A stretch of 64,000 nt of DNA from Narcine bancroftii (lineage: Eukaryota): the NCBI RefSeq assembly GCF_036971445.1, contig NC_091470.1:310496001-310560000 (forward strand). The letters are read 5' to 3'. The position numbers and the translations under genes were made by a program. The notes below the pieces were generated by a model that did no database searches, was not told the origin of the DNA, and saw only the letters and a list, made by a program, of their open reading frames with translations. Below are positions 28,501 through 43,200 of the stretch, piece by piece; the first letter of the stretch is position 1; every line of letters starts with the position of its first letter.

Positions 28501-29693
28501 TTCTCTTTCCCAATCTGGATCTGTGCCCTGTGGGTACCATAGGTCCTGATGGTGGAGCCATTGGCTGCCCACAGAGTTGGACCTCGAGATCGGGTGTGAG
28601 TCTCTAATGCTGTGAGTGGGGGGGGTGGGGGGGAACGACGCTGAGCTCAGTCCCTGTGTCCACCAGGAATCGGTGGCCAGTGGATTTGTCCATCACATAA
28701 AGGAGGCTGTTTGTGTGGCCAGCCGTCGCAACCATCAACGGCAGCTGGCCTTGTCGTTTCCCTGAAACCCGCAGGGCTGGCAGCACTTTCGGGCTTGCAC
28801 TCCCCAGCGCTGGTGGCAGAAACACAAGGTCGACTGGCCCTCCTCTGTCGTGACTTGCAGTCGGCTAGCTCCTGGACATACCACCTGGTTGAGGGCTGCT
28901 TTGTTCTCTCTCTTCATGCGCCAGAGGGCATCCGCATGAGCTGCTGCTCTCCGCGGGTTCGAAAAGTCTTCATTTGTGAGGAGCAGCTGGATGTCCTTCA
29001 GTATCTATTCCAGGAATATCTGGTGGAAGAGAAAACCAGGGCCAGCATTTCGTCCATCAGTGTTGATGGACTACAGTCCCCAAGCCCATCTAGGTGAAGG
29101 AGCCTGGAAGCCCATTTCTGGGGAGTTAGCTCAAAAGTTCCAAGCAGCAGGTCTTTTAGGGCGGTGTACTTGCCCGTAGCCGGAGGGTGGTGGATGATGT
29201 CATCCACCCTCACTGCCGTATCTAGGTCCAGAACGCTTACGACATGATAGAACATCGTGACATCTGAGGAGATGTTGTGGAGTTGAAATTATGCTGCCAC
29301 CTGCCCGAACCACGTTCTCAGTCGGAGGGTCCAAAAGGGGGGAAGCTTGATGGAGACAACATTAACCTCTGCTGAATCTATGGTGTTTTTAGTCCAGAAA
29401 AATGTCTGGGCTCGTCAGGATCACCACTGTGGCAGTGTGTACAGTGGAAGAAACACAGCCACCACGTTGACGGTCGTTAAAGATTATTTTTTATTCAAAT
29501 TCAGCAGGCCCCTTTAAGGGCAGCATGAGCTCAGTCATCTGGTGCATTGTGACATCATAATCCCTGCCCAATGTGTGCGCTGAAAGGGATGCTGAAGCCA
29601 GAGAGAAACCTCCGACAACGCCATTTCCCCATGGCTCCCGCCAGGTGGCGATACAAGCGGGGCCGGTTCGCCATGAGGATGTGCCCCACCACA
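25517..29693 (-). mobile_element. Gypsy LTR retrotransposon, degenerate, tRNA-Trp-like PBS
   Basis: LTRs at 25517-25779 and 29428-29693, 4-bp TSD gtat. A PBS-like tggtgatcctgacg lies next to the 5' LTR. Contains FLVDTG protease, RT, TDHKPL RNase H, and HPQSNGLVERFH and GPY integrase motifs. Confidence 0.94.
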
Positions 29694-29866
29694 GTATATT
29701 AAAAATTTTATTTTGTATAAGCATATTAGCCACCATATCGAATTCAACTTGGTACCAGTGCACATCAAAATTGTTGCTATGAACTTAGTTTTACAGGCCA
29801 TTTTCAAAAATATTTTTAGTTCATTTTAATCACACATATTACTTTAGGTTCTTTTAAAATAAATGG

Positions 29867-30603
29867 TGTGGTGGAATATTTGGGAATGTTTTTGGGAGAT
29901 AAATTGGTAAAATTAGAGTAGGTTACATACACACTTTAAAACAGATCATATTCATTGACTTTCAAGGAGAAATGCCAAGTAGGTGCTAATTGAAATGATG
30001 TCACGAAATGAATAGGCTATTGTCTTGGAAGTGCCAGGTTGTCTGTTTTGGATGTTTTTGCGAGCTTTTGACCTCTTTGCAAAATGTTCACTCAGAGGTC
30101 ATGGAGAGATTCTTGTTTACCTAAAGCAATCGATGGGAGCAGAAGACTAACTCCTATTGTTTGCTGGAGAAGGTCAGGGGTTTTGCATGTGAGAAAGAGA
30201 AGGACATGCTGCTGGCAGTTTTTGACTGTGTGTGACACAGAAAGCTATAAGAAGCCAGGAGAAGTTTGTTGGAACTGAAACAGAAGCTCCAGAGTGGTGG
30301 ATGACTGGAAATGGTATCTGTCTCTTGGAATAAGTGGAACAGAAAGAAACTCGGTAGTAGCCTGAAATAAAGAGGTTATCACCTGGAGAACCCTGATGGG
30401 GCAAGTTTAATCAGCAAGACATTGAGGTGATTAATGGGGGTACCTCAGTGGTGGAAATCCTGGAACAACTCATGTCTCTCTGCAAACCTAAGTTAAAGTT
30501 TGATTCTATTTTCATGTTTAAAGATAATTAAAAACAGCTTTTTTTTTAAGTAACCATTTGTCGTGGTGAATATCTATTGCTGCTGGGTTTTGGGCTCGTA
30601 ACA
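29867..30603. mobile_element. Solo LTR (737 bp)
   Basis: Starts TGT, ends ACA, and is flanked by a 4-bp direct repeat atgg (29863-29866 and 30604-30607). No internal domain. Confidence 0.7.
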
Positions 30604-30786
30604 ATGGGTTAATAGAATTATAAAAATATTTCATTAAGTAATTTAATACATGTATTTAAATTAAGTCATTCATCAAATGAAGCAACTTAATTCATAAATT
30701 AATAAAGTGAAAACAAATGAAAAATATTTTTTGTAATACTATTATTATCATTTATAAATATATATGTCATCCTGCTTTCTTACAAG

Positions 30787-30882
30787 GCATTCCAGCTCGT
30801 ACTTCAAGAAGAGGTAAACCCTGACAGTAGTTCAGCTCAAAGGTCCCAGACCACTGGACATTTGCTTGTTACAATGCCAAAG
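30787..30882 (+). CDS. DNAAF11: DNAAF11 exon ([32 protein letters not shown])
   Basis: tttcttacaAG acceptor and GTACAG donor. 96 bp, phase 0-0. Contains the conserved RSQTTGHL...MPK motif. Confidence 0.93.
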
Positions 30883-31269
30883 GTACAGAGTCACTGATTT
30901 TTTTTCCTGTTTTTTTTTTTCTTAATTCTAACTAGCTCAATGGTGAAGAGTTGATAACTTAGCCTGGTGAATGATAAAAAATCTATTGCAATACAGAAAT
31001 TTGCAGGAGCAACTTCAATAGGTCAAATATCACATCCATAGGAAGTAAAAAAACTGCTTTCCTAAATCATTTCTGATGATTTGACAATAGTTAACCACTT
31101 TTCTAATGTGAAAATATGACAATAAATACCATATTCTATTCTTCCCAAAAAAGTGAAAGATAACTTTTTTTCCACAAGAGGCTCTATCAGGTGAATTCTT
31201 TCATAGGTTATGAAAAGCATTAAGGAAGAACTATTCAAACTTTTTCCCAGCAATAGGTAGGCTAACCAA

Positions 31270-34130
31270 GAATCAACAAAAAATGCACCCAGGATGTATT
31301 TACGATGCGGATTGATACCAATGTTAGGCCTTCAGGAGGTGGTCAGAATGCCATAGTAAAAGCATGCTCCTCAAAAGCCAATTCACAAGTCAGACTATTG
31401 AAAATCATACACAACACATTAATTCGAAGTTCCAGCAACAGTCAAAAATTCATGCAGATTCCCAGCACCCAAGACAGCAGGCATACAGCAGCAGAGAGAC
31501 CAGGAATTCACAACAATTTCCAGTACACAAGTACACATCAGTGATGAGACCAAGGATTTTCAACATTTCCCTATTACACTTGACCACCAATGAGCTTATT
31601 ACAGAAATCTGTGGGGTGAGGAGAGCTGTGAAGCCCAAAATACGATGGCTTTGTCAGCAGTTTCAATCCATCGCATCCAACAGGTGGTGATGAGAGCAAA
31701 CATAGGATTTACTGAACATATAGAGCAGGTGCTCCCAGTCCCTACAAACAGTCTGCACTCACTATGTCAGCTATATTGCCTCCCAGAATGGAATGGCAAT
31801 ACTGCTAGCCCAGCACACCCAAACACTGGCCTTGCACACAGGTTTTTCATTGCTAGATTCTCACCAGTTTCCCAGTACAGCAGTGTGTAGGGATTTGCCA
31901 GGTCATGGCAGTATTTAAGTCGGGAAAGCAGGAGTTTGGTCAGGTTCTTAATGCAATAATGTTATCAGTAAACCATCTCTCTATGCATCTTAGTATTTTC
32001 TTTGGCTTGGCTTCGCGGACGAAGATTTATAATGACCCCTTTTAGCACTGATTACATTGCCTATTACCAATGCAAAAAGACATTCCAGACTAATCAGGAG
32101 TCTCAGGCAGACATTTGATAGCTTTGACAGGACTTGCATGCCAACTTCCTATGAGGTTAAATGAGGTAATATGAACTTAAGAGTATCTCCAAACAAACTC
32201 AATGCCTTCTTTGCACACTTCAAAAGGGAAAACTGTGATGCTCCCTCACAAGACTTCACAGCTCTTGGTAAATCTGTGCTCCCAATTTCTGAGGCTGATA
32301 TGAAAAGAATCTTCAAGATGGAAATCTTGGAAGGCGTCTGGCCTAGACAGTGTATTTGGCTGTGCATAGACCAATTGGTTGGAGTTTTTGCAGACATTTT
32401 GAACATCGCTACCATATTCAAAGTCCCCACCTGTTTCAGATTCATATTTCAGATTTATTGTCAGAGTACCTATATGACATCACATACAATCACGAGATTC
32501 TTTATCCTGCAGACGAGGCAGCATTACCAGTTATTGGTAGTGCAAAGCAATCCTGACTCAATGTACATGTGTAAACAAATAAAGAAATGTAAACAAACTG
32601 TGCAATACAGAGAGAAAAAAGAATCAATAAAGTACAAAAGTAAGAGTCCTTAAATAAGTCTATGATTGAGTTTGTTGTTGAGGAGTCTGATAGTGGAGGG
32701 GAAAAAGCTGTTCCTGAACTTGGCGATGCGAGTACTGTGGCACCTATACATCTTTCCTGCTGGTAGCAGTGAGAACAGAACAAAATAGCACAATAACTAT
32801 CAGCCGGTAATACTGGTGTCTACTATGATGAAGTCCTGTGGCACTCATACCTCTTTCCTAATGGTAGCAGCTAAAATGGAGCATAATAGCACACTGACTA
32901 TCAGGATGGTTCTGGCGTGCACCTTAATGAAGTGCTTTGATAAGTTGGTTGTGGAGCAAATCAACTCCTGTTTCAGGAAGGACGAGCCCACTTCAGTTCA
33001 CCTATCATCACAACAGGTCAATAGCGAATGCCATCTCACTGCATTAGAACACCTGGATCACAAAAACATCAACTGTGTTCTACCGGCTGCTGTTCATTGG
33101 CTACATCTTGGCATTTAGCCCACTTACCAGCAAAACCTATATTAAACTCAAGGAGATAGGACTGTGTGTTGTTCCTTTGCAACTAGATCATCGCCTTTCT
33201 TATCAGCAGATCCCCATTAGTGTGGATCATACCTCCTGCTCTATTCCCTATCCACCCATGATTGCGTAATCATATTCTATGTATTTGCTGATGACACCAC
33301 CATTGTGGCCAAATAACGGGAAATGGGGAAATGATGAGTCAGAATATAGTATGCCAATCAAGGTTCTGGTTGATTGGTGCCAGAAGAACAATCTTCCTCC
33401 TAATGTCAACAAGAGCAAAGAGCTTATTATAGACCTTAAGAAGGGGAGGCTGAGCAACTATGCCCCTGTCTTCATTGATAGTACGGCAATGGAGAAGGTT
33501 AGTTCAAGTTCAAGTTTCTGGGAGTTCATCTTTTGAAGGACCTCTCCTAGAGGCAGCACATTGAAGCAACTGTGAAGAAGCTACAGCAATGCTTCTACTT
33601 TCCAAGAACTCTGAGGAGATTTAACATATTGTTAAGTATTCTATCAAACTTATACATGAGTAATGCAGAGAGCGTACTGACTGGTTGCACCATCTGATTT
33701 GGTAACTCTAGTACACAGAAATACAGAAGGCTTAAAAAATGGCTCAACTAGTCAAATCAATCCCAAGCATAAACTCCAGTCCAGTGAAGACATCTCTCTG
33801 AGATGTTGTCTCAAGAAGGCAGCCAACATCAGGAAGACTTCTGTCAATCCAGCGTCAACCTCTTCTTGCTGCTACCTTCAGGCAGAAAATCCTGAAGCCC
33901 ATTATCTCTAGGTTCAAGAACAGTTTTTTGTACAAATGCCAGGCTCTTGAATCTCTCATTACTAACGTAACTAACCATAAACTAATCTGAGACCATCAAA
34001 AGAACTGTTTGGACTATTGAAACTTTTTTTCTTGCTCTAACTACAACAATATTTATCTATCTGCACTTTTGTATTTATTTTCTCTTTGTTGGTCTTGACG
34101 TAAATGTGCTAATTTAATGCGTGCATTGTT
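31270..34130. mobile_element. Decayed Rex1/Babar/L2-like LINE fragments, with a minus-strand 3' fragment nested at about 32435-32780
   Basis: LNAFFAHF, MKCFDKLV and WCQKNNL..NVNKSKELIID RT motifs. The nested piece has an inverted (atctga)-type tail. Confidence 0.65.
31999..32030 (-). mobile_element. 32-bp extreme 3' stub of the RTE family
   Basis: Reverse complement of ataaatcttcgtccgcgaagccaagccaaaga, as at about 18694-18725. Confidence 0.8.
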
Positions 34131-34732
34131 GTAGTTGGTGTATCATAAATATAGTACTTGTTTGGTTGCAGTAAATAAGAATTTTGGTACCTCTATACAT
34201 TGTACTTGTGATGGAACAATGAGCTTTCATTATTCATTACTGCTCTCATTCCAGGGAATGTATTCTGAGTCTTCAGCGAGAATGCAATTTATTTTGAAGT
34301 TTAAAGCTGCCATTTTGTATTTGTTGGAATTTCATAATAGTTCTGAGCAGAGATATAAATCAAAAATTTACAATAAGGAGGAAATTGAGCATGATCAGGC
34401 AAACAAATCAGTTAGAAGGAGAAGTACTTTTGCTTTTCATTGTAATGTTCACTTAATGGCTAGTTCTTTTGAGGTGGATGGAACTGAATTTCAGTTGATG
34501 ACTGATGTAATAACACCTGTTTGTTTTGGACATGTCCATGTAAAGCTTGCCCTCAATGAAACTTGTTTTTCTGAAGTAGTTTGTTTCTGAATCCTACCTC
34601 CCAAATATTATCTTATTCTTACTTTTCCTAATATTGATTACTGGTGGATTTTGGTTGCATGCTATTTTATTCATTCTATAAGAGTAATGAATATATTTAA
34701 TGTGAATCTTCAATCTGAAATAATCCTTTCAG

Positions 34733-34818
34733 GCACAAGAAATAATTAGACCAAAGCCCAAGAGTAAAATTACAGCTCAACCTTTAAACAGCACCAATCT
34801 ACACCCAGATGTCGCAAG
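34733..34818 (+). CDS. DNAAF11: DNAAF11 penultimate exon (AQEIIRPKPKSKITAQPLNSTNLHPDVAR)
   Basis: cctttcAG acceptor and GTAACT donor. 86 bp, phase 0-2, which exactly bridges the flanking exons. Confidence 0.82.
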
Positions 34819-35839
34819 GTAACTATTATGTAACACAAGTTAAATATTTCCTATTTTAATCAACACAATTACCTGCATTTATGTTGTGTCTTGAATCAAT
34901 GGTGGTCAGAGAAAGGTGGGGTGCACAGGAAGCCAACAAATAAATCGTAGAATCATAGAATTTTGATGGATTGGAAGGAAGTTGTTCAGCGTATCAGATG
35001 TATGCTTCTATATTACAGTAATCTTTCTACACTCATTAACTTTTTACTCATCATAGCTGGAATATGGCACATCCACTTGGCTCTGCAGACTCTATTCTCA
35101 ATAGACTTTGGAAATTAACTTTGTCCCTGTGACCTTTCAAAGATTGGTACATTTAAGATGGTAAATAAGAAATTAAATGCCCTGATATTTACCACACACA
35201 GGAATTATAATTTCTTAAAATGAGAATCAGGCCAAGGAATTAAAATTACCTCAAGCTAATGTTTCAAGGTAAGGTCATCTTTCATCCCAGGTTAAAATCA
35301 GAACTTGAAAAGGGTTAAGAAAGCTTCCATTTTTGTGATAAACTAAAATGTAACAAATAATTGGGCACTGAGTTGCTGTCTGGTTTTGTGTTTCAAAATT
35401 TCACTCGTGAACCTGAGCCATCCGGTTTCATCTACAAACTTTATAACTTTTATCAATTTACCTTAAAAACTTAAATGTTTCAATAAATGCCAAGGTTCTC
35501 CTGTAACTTTTTAAATGCAATATATTTGCATATCAAAATTATCATAATTGGTAAACTAGATCCACAAGAAACTGCAGATGCTGAAATCTTGAGTCTAGGA
35601 AAAGTTTGAGGAATTCAAATAAAAGGACCCAAACCTAAAATTTTTACTATCTATTTCTCTCCATGGATGCTATCTGGCTCACGAAGTCCTTTTGCTTCTT
35701 TTAGCTAGCTCAAGATTCCAGTATCTAAATCATAGACATACACTTCTATCAGGCCCTTTGGCTCAACTTTTCCCTGCTTACTACATTAGCATCCTAGGCT
35801 AGTCCCAAGAGCCTGCATTTGATCCATATCCTTCTGGAA

Positions 35840-37290
35840 CCATAGAACACTACAGTGTGGAAACAAGCCCTTCAGCCCATCTAATCTTTGCCAAATTTAT
35901 TTTGCCTCGTCACATCTACCTACATCTGGGCCATAGATATCCATATCCCTCCCACTCATAGACCTATCCAATCTACTCTTCTTAAATGTTTAAATTGATC
36001 CTGCATGCAACATTTCCACAATCATACCAACCTCTGAGAAGTTCCCCCTAAATATTTAATCTTTCACCCTTAACCCATGTCCTCTAGTTCTTGTCTCACC
36101 CAACCTCAGTGGAAAAAGCCTGTTTGCATTTACTCTATCTATACTCCTCATAATTTTATATACTTCCATCAAATCTCTCCTCATTTCTGATGCTCCATGG
36201 AATAAGGTCTTAATCTATTCAACCTCTCCTTATAATTTAGCTCTTCAAGTCCTGGCAAAATCCTTGTAAATGCTGTCTCACTCTTTCAATCTTTCTGATA
36301 TCTTTCCTGTAGGTAGGTGACCAAAACTGCATACAATTGACCAAATTTGGCCTCTCACCAATGTCTTTTACAACTTCAGCATAATATAACAACTCATGCA
36401 CTCAGTACAATGCTTTGATTTTTGAAACCCAATGTGCAAAAAGTTCTCCATACAAACCTAATTGCATGTGACACTACATTCAGGGAATTATATATCTGTA
36501 TTCTGGATCAATTGTACTCTGCAGTTCCCTATCATTTACTGTACAAATTCTACCCTGGTTCTTCCTCCTAGGTGCAACATTTCACAATTGTCAGCATTAA
36601 ATTCTATCTGCCATTTTGCAGCCCATCTTTCCAATTGTCCTGATCCCACTGCAAGTTTTGAAAGCCTTCTTCTCTGACCACTATTCCCCCAATTTTTGTG
36701 TCATCTGCAAATTTGCTTATCCACTTTATCATGTTATCATTCCAGATCATTGATGTGGATGACGAACAACAATGGATTCAGCACCAATCCTTTAGGATTG
36801 GTAGTCACAGGCTTTCAATTAGAAAGGCAATCTTCTACAACCATTCTCTGGATTCTCCTGCAAATCCTGTGCCTAATCTAATTTTCTACCTTATCCAGAA
36901 TACTGAGTGACTGAATGTCCTTGACTTTGTCAAAGGCCTCTCTAAAGTCCACATAGATAACTTGCTCTGCTGTTCCTTCAATTTTCCTGAAAAACTATGA
37001 TTGGTTAGACTTAACCTGCCACACACAAAACTATGTTGAGTATGCCTATTTCTATTCAAATCTGGTCTCTTAGAATATCTTCAAGTAGCTTATCCTCTAC
37101 TGATGTCAGGCTTACTGCCCTATAATTTGCCAATTACTCTTGGAAATGTTCTTAAACAATGGAACCACATTAGCTATCCTCTGGTACCTCACTATGGCTA
37201 AAGACATTTTAAATATCTCTGCTAGGGCCCTTGCAGCTTTCCTCAAGGTCCAAGGGAATATCTTGTCAGGCCCTGGGAATTGTATACTTC
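35840..37290 (-). mobile_element. CR1 LINE fragment (RT to 3' end)
   Basis: Reverse-complement RT motifs and a catagaac-type tail near 35840. Confidence 0.78.
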
Positions 37291-39445
37291 CTCACTGACC
37301 AATACACCATTAATTTTGGTACATGTACTAATCACCCACTTGCCCAAACTCATACCCAAAGAGGAGGTTCCGTGTTGCACATTCTCTAATAAGGCCCTCA
37401 ATTTATTAAATTGGGAAGCATTCTTGGACACATATCACAAATTCCATCCCTATATGGAATCTTGTTTTTTTAGGAATATTGGGGATCTCGTTCAGAAGAA
37501 GAGAGGTATAGGCAACATGGAGCAATTGAAGTACTTGAGGAGTATAAAAAAAATACAAGAAAAACCAAGTAAATCAGGAAGTCTGAAAGAAAACGAGATT
37601 GCTTTGGCAAACAATGTGAATGAAAATCCTAATGTTTTCTACAAGTATATTAAAAGAAAAAGGATATTAAGGGACAAAATTGGTCCCCTTGAAGATTGGA
37701 GTCGTTGGCTTTGTATGGAGCCAGAGGAGCTGGAAGAGGTATTAAATGTTTTTATTTTCATCAGCATTCACACAGGAAAATTGCACAGAATCGTGGGCAG
37801 TCAGGAAAACATGCACTGAGGTCATGGAACCTATACAGATTAAAGAGGAGGGGATACTTGTTGTCTTTAAGAAAATAAGAGTGGATAAATCCCCAGGGTC
37901 TGACAATATATTCCCTTGGAACTTGAGAGTGGTTAGTGTAGAAATTTCAAGGGCTCTGGCAGAAATATTTAAAATATCCTTAGCCACAGGTGTGTTGCCA
38001 GAGGATTTGAGGGTAGCTCATGTTGTTTCATTGTTTAAAAAAGGCTCCAAAAGTAACCCTGGAAATTATAGGTCAGTGAGCCTGATGTCAGTAGAAGGTA
38101 AATTATTGGAAGGTATTCTAAGAGATCAGATATACAATTATTTGGATAGCCTTGGACAGATTAGGGAAAGTCAACATGGCTTTGTGCAAGGTACATCATG
38201 CTTAACCAATCTTATAGAGTTTTTATCAAGAAGGTTGATGAGGTAAAAGCTGTAGATGTTGTCTACATGGACTTTAGTAAGGCCTTTGACAAGGTCCTAC
38301 ATGGGAGGTTAGTCAGGAAGGTTCAGACACTAGGTATTCATGGTGAAGTCGTGAACTGGATTCGACAATGAGTGGACAGGAGAAACCAGAGAGTAGTGGT
38401 GGATGATTGCTTCTTAGATTGGAGGCCTGTGACTTGCTGTGTGCATCAGGGATCAGTGCTGGGACCATTGATGTTTCTCATCAATATCAATGATCTGGAT
38501 GATAATGTAAATTGGATCAGCAAGTTTGCAGATGACATTAAGATTGCAGGCATTGTGGACAGTGAAGAAGGTTTTCAAAGCTTGCAGAGGGATCTGGACA
38601 GGTTGGAAAAATGGGCTGAAAACTGGCAGATGGAATTTAATGCAGACAAGTGTGAGGTGTTGCATTTTGGAAGGACAAACCAAGAAAGGACATTCACGAT
38701 AAATGGTAGGGCACTGAGGAGTGCAGCAGAACAGAGGGATCTGGGAATACAGATACATAATTCCCTGAAAATAGCATCACAGGTGGATAGGGTGGTAAAG
38801 AAAGCTTTTGGCATATTGGCCTTCATAAACGCAACAACTGAGTACAAGAGTTGGGATGATATGTTAAAATTGTATAAGACATTGGTGAGGCCATATTTGG
38901 AGTAATGTCTACAGTTTTGGTCATTTAACTAAAGGAAAGATATGAATAAGATTAAAAGAGTGCAGAGAAGATTTATTAGGATGTTGCCTGGACTTCAGAA
39001 ACAGAGTTACAGGGAAAGGTTAAACAGGTTAGGGCTTTATTCCCTGGAGTGTAGAAGAATAAGGGAAGAATTGATAGAGGCATTTAAAATGATGAGGGGG
39101 ACAGACAGAGTAAATGTAGATAGGGTTTTTCCGCTGAGGGTAGGTGAGATACAAACCAAAGGTTTAAGAGTGAAAGGGGAAAAAATTAAGGTGAATATGA
39201 TGGGGAACTTCTTCATACAGAGAGTGGTGGGAATGTGGAATGAGCTACCAGCTGAAGTGGTAGATCCGGGCTCAATTTTAACATTAAAGTAGAATTTGGA
39301 CAGATACGTGGATGGGAGAGGTATGGAGGGCTGTGGACTGGGTGCAGGTAAGTGGAATTAGGCAAAAAAAATGATTTGGCACAAACTAGAATGGCCGAGG
39401 GGGATGGGGGAGCCTTGTTTATATGCTGTAATGTTTTATGGTGCT
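37290..39445 (+). mobile_element. CR1 LINE ORF2 (RT to 3' end), few disruptions
   Basis: KSPGSD, PGNYRSVSL, SQHGF...SCLTNL, DFSKAFD, QGSVLGP and KFADD motifs. Confidence 0.92.
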
Positions 39446-42400
39446 CCAGAATCTTTATTGTATTATAACCTCAATTGTAAGGGCTTAACATTTCTTTACT
39501 GATTGGTGAAACATAGATAGATATATAATTTGCTTATTCTAGTTCATTTTATAGTCCAGTTTATTTCAGAGGAATAGGCTCAGGGTGAGAGGTGCATTAG
39601 ATGGCATAGCTCTCCAAGAAGAGGAAAGTTTAAAGGAGGTTTAAGAGGCACAGGGAGCGATAGATTGTGGTGGAGATGTTCTTACCAATCCTCACTTTCC
39701 TGTTAAGAATATCGTTTTAATATGACATCACCAAATGTTCACATATTTCTGCCTCGCAGCAGTTGATTGATTGAGTACATAATTCTTAGCAGATTTTTGT
39801 ACATCCTTGCACTGATTTACTGGCACCTAGCTTGCCAAAATGATGTCAATAAAGTCCAAAATTGCTATCTTTCACTACATTGTTCTTCAAAGTAACTGTC
39901 ATTGTTTGCATATTTTGTTTTTGTCATGAGGCCATTTAGCCCACCAAATCTATGCCAGACCTCGGAGCATTCTCATCAGCCAGATTCCTGCATTTACTTA
40001 CTTGTATCGTATTATTTCTCACATGCAACACACCCTTCATTCCCCTGGCATTTCTCTTCACTTTTTTTTAAAAACTCTATTTAAAAGAATTTAAACAACT
40101 TACAATCAAACATAACAGGAAGGAAAAACAAAAACCCTTCCCACCCCTTCAGCTGCCTTAAGGGGAGCCAGATATAAAGATAATAGTGATTATAAAGAAT
40201 ATTTCAAAGTATTTCTAAATTCATATACTCCAAATAAGAAGACCACATTTTAACAAAAAAAGAATAATTATCATGTAGATTACATGTATTTTTTTTCCAT
40301 AATACAATTTCTCAACTCATTATGCCAGTGTGTTATATTAACCTCCACATTATCCTTCCAAGTACTAGCTACACATTTTTGTGCTACAGATAACACTAGA
40401 CGTACAAATGCAATTTGAAATTTATCCAACCTTCATCCTTTCAAAGAAACCATATATCCCAACAAAAAGATTGATGGGTCTAACGGTAATTTAATCTTAA
40501 ATAATTTTTCCAAAACTAATTTATTCCTTCCCAAAATGGTTGTACTTTAAAACGAGAGCAAACAGCATATAAAAAGTTCCAGTACATAGTCCACATCTAA
40601 AAATCTAAGAATCCAAATTACTAAATCCATTTTTTTTACAACTATAACTGATGTAAAAAATTATAATTGACCATTCCATAACATACATCCGTTCCTTCAG
40701 TTACACTATCAGAACACATAACCTCCCAATTATCTTATGGAAAAATATGTTAAATCACTTTCCCATTTAAGCCTAGATTTCTCCCATTCCGGTTTATCCA
40801 TACTATCTTGTAACAATTGGTACATATCTGAAATATAACCTTTCTTAGGTACAGAAGAAATCAAAGACTCAAATTTTGTCAACATGGGTAAATTCATCTC
40901 TTTACCTTAATTATCGTTTATCAAAGCTCTGAGATGACAATACACAAACAGAGAATTTACAGATATATCAAATTTCTCCCTCAATTGAATAAAAGAAAGA
41001 AATTGGCCTTCAAAACAGTCCTGAATTATCTTTATGCCCTGAGAATTCAATTTCTTTAAATGATTATTAAACATTTAAAAAGGAATAAGCTGGTTATGAT
41101 ATAACAGGGTTTGAATTGGTAATTTACCCTTTGATCTTAAAACCCTGTTTCTTTTAATCCATATTCTTAACAAGTGTTTTAATACCGCCATATCACATTC
41201 CCGCAATAAATTCATATTCCATTTAAATATAAACTGATGTATCTCAACTTCAGATATACAAGCCATTTCCACCTTTGCCCAACTCGGAGGTTGGTCGACA
41301 TCCATCAATCTGCTAACAAATTTCAACTGAGCTGCGTCATAATAATTTTGAAAGTGAGTTAACTGCAATCCACCTAAAGCATATTTCCATGTAAGTTTAT
41401 GTAAAGCTACTCGGGCTAATTTTCTTTTCCATAAAAACTCCCGTACTGCCCTATTCAGGTCCTGAAAACACCCTTTGAAAATAAACATGGTATAGACTGA
41501 AACAAATATTGAATTCGAGGAAAAATATTCATTTTAATGCAATTTACTCGACCAATTAATGTTAATGGCAAATCTTTCCATTTAATCAAATCCATTTTAA
41601 TCCTTTTTGATAAAAGGACGTAATTCAATTTATATAAAGATTGGTAGTCGGCATTTACTACCACTCCCAAATATTTAATTCTATTTGACCACTTCAATTT
41701 TATAATACTTTTATATTCTGAATAATCTCCATCCCCAACTGGCAATATTTCACTTTTATCCCAATTTACTTTACATCCAGATAGCTCTCCAAATTTTAAC
41801 AAACAATCTTGTAAATATTTGAAAGACTGTTCCGGTTCTGTCAAATATACCAGCACATCATCCTCAAATAAATTAATCTTATATTCATCCTCCCCAATTT
41901 TCTTTCCTTTAATCTTATCATTCTGTCTTATTGTCTGAGCTAATGGTTCAATAGCCAATGCAAATAAGGCTGGTGACCTTGTCGAGTCGAATGCATTAAA
42001 TGAAATGATAAGGAAATTTGACCATTTGTCACCACCTTAGCAGTTAGATTTTTATATAAAGCCTTAACCCAGCCTATAAAATAAAGGACAAAATTAAATT
42101 TCTCTACCACCTTAAACAAAAAAATTCCAGTCAACCCTATCAAAGGCTTTTTCCGCATCCAGGTTAAGTTGCTGTCTAAATGCATTGACCATTGTTATTA
42201 ATCTAAGAAATAGGTCTATACAAAGATACTTTCAATGGGTCCCTATTTTAGGAATCACAGTAATTATAGCACTTGAACAAGATTCTGGTAACAACTGCTT
42301 CTCTGTTACTTGCTGCAACACATCTCCAAATATAGAGGATAAATCTTCATAAAAAACTTTATAAAATTCAACAGAAAATCCATCATCTCCTGGCGACTTT

Positions 42401-43022
42401 CCATTTGGCATCTCTTGTAGAGCCTCTTTAATCTCAAAATCCATAAATGTAGCTTCCAATTCTTTAACCTCATCCTCCCCTAAAACAGGTAAATTTAATT
42501 TAAATAAATAGGATTCGATAGAACCAGCATTCCGCTTTCCCTCAGAAGTATATAATTTTTGATAAAATGAATGAAACTGATCATTAGTTTCCTGAGGCTT
42601 ATAGGTAACTATTGAATTATTTTTCACAGCATTAATAATTTGTGATGTCTGTTCTCTTTTTAATTGTCATGCTATACCTTATGAGCTCATTCACCCAGTT
42701 CGTAATAACGTTGCTTAGATCGATAAAGTAGAGGCTCATACTGATAAGTTTGTAAAGTATTATAATGTAATTTCAACTTCACTAAAGCAGCTTTTTTTAA
42801 GCTTCTGTAACATCTTTCTGAAATTCCTTTTCCAATTCAGCAATTTGTTTCTCTAACATTAAGCTTTCCGTCGCATATTGCTTTTTAACTTTCATAGTAT
42901 AACTAATAATTTGCCCTCATAAATATGCTTTCAAAGCATCCCACAATACAAAATTACTACATACTGAATTGACATTCTCAGCCAAAAACAAAGTAATCTG
43001 CTCCTTACAAAAGTAATAAAAA

Positions 43023-43200
43023 CTTTGGCTTGGCTTCGCGGATGAAGATTTATGGAGGGGGTAAAAGTCCACGTCAGCTGCAGGCTCGTTTGTGGCTGAC
43101 AAGTCCGATGCGGGACAGGCAGACACGGTTGCAGCGGCTGCAGGGGAAAATTGGTTGGTTGGGGTTGGGTGTTGGGTTTTTCCTCCTTTGCCTTTTGTCA
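43023..43200 (-). mobile_element. RTE 3' fragment inserted in the L1 endonuclease region
   Basis: Near-identical reverse complement of about 18546-18724. Confidence 0.92.

Noticed and set aside
34135-34590. 151-aa ORF as an extra exon or gene
   Set aside because: It has a non-ATG start and no motif, and the DNAAF11 exon chain is complete and in phase without it.
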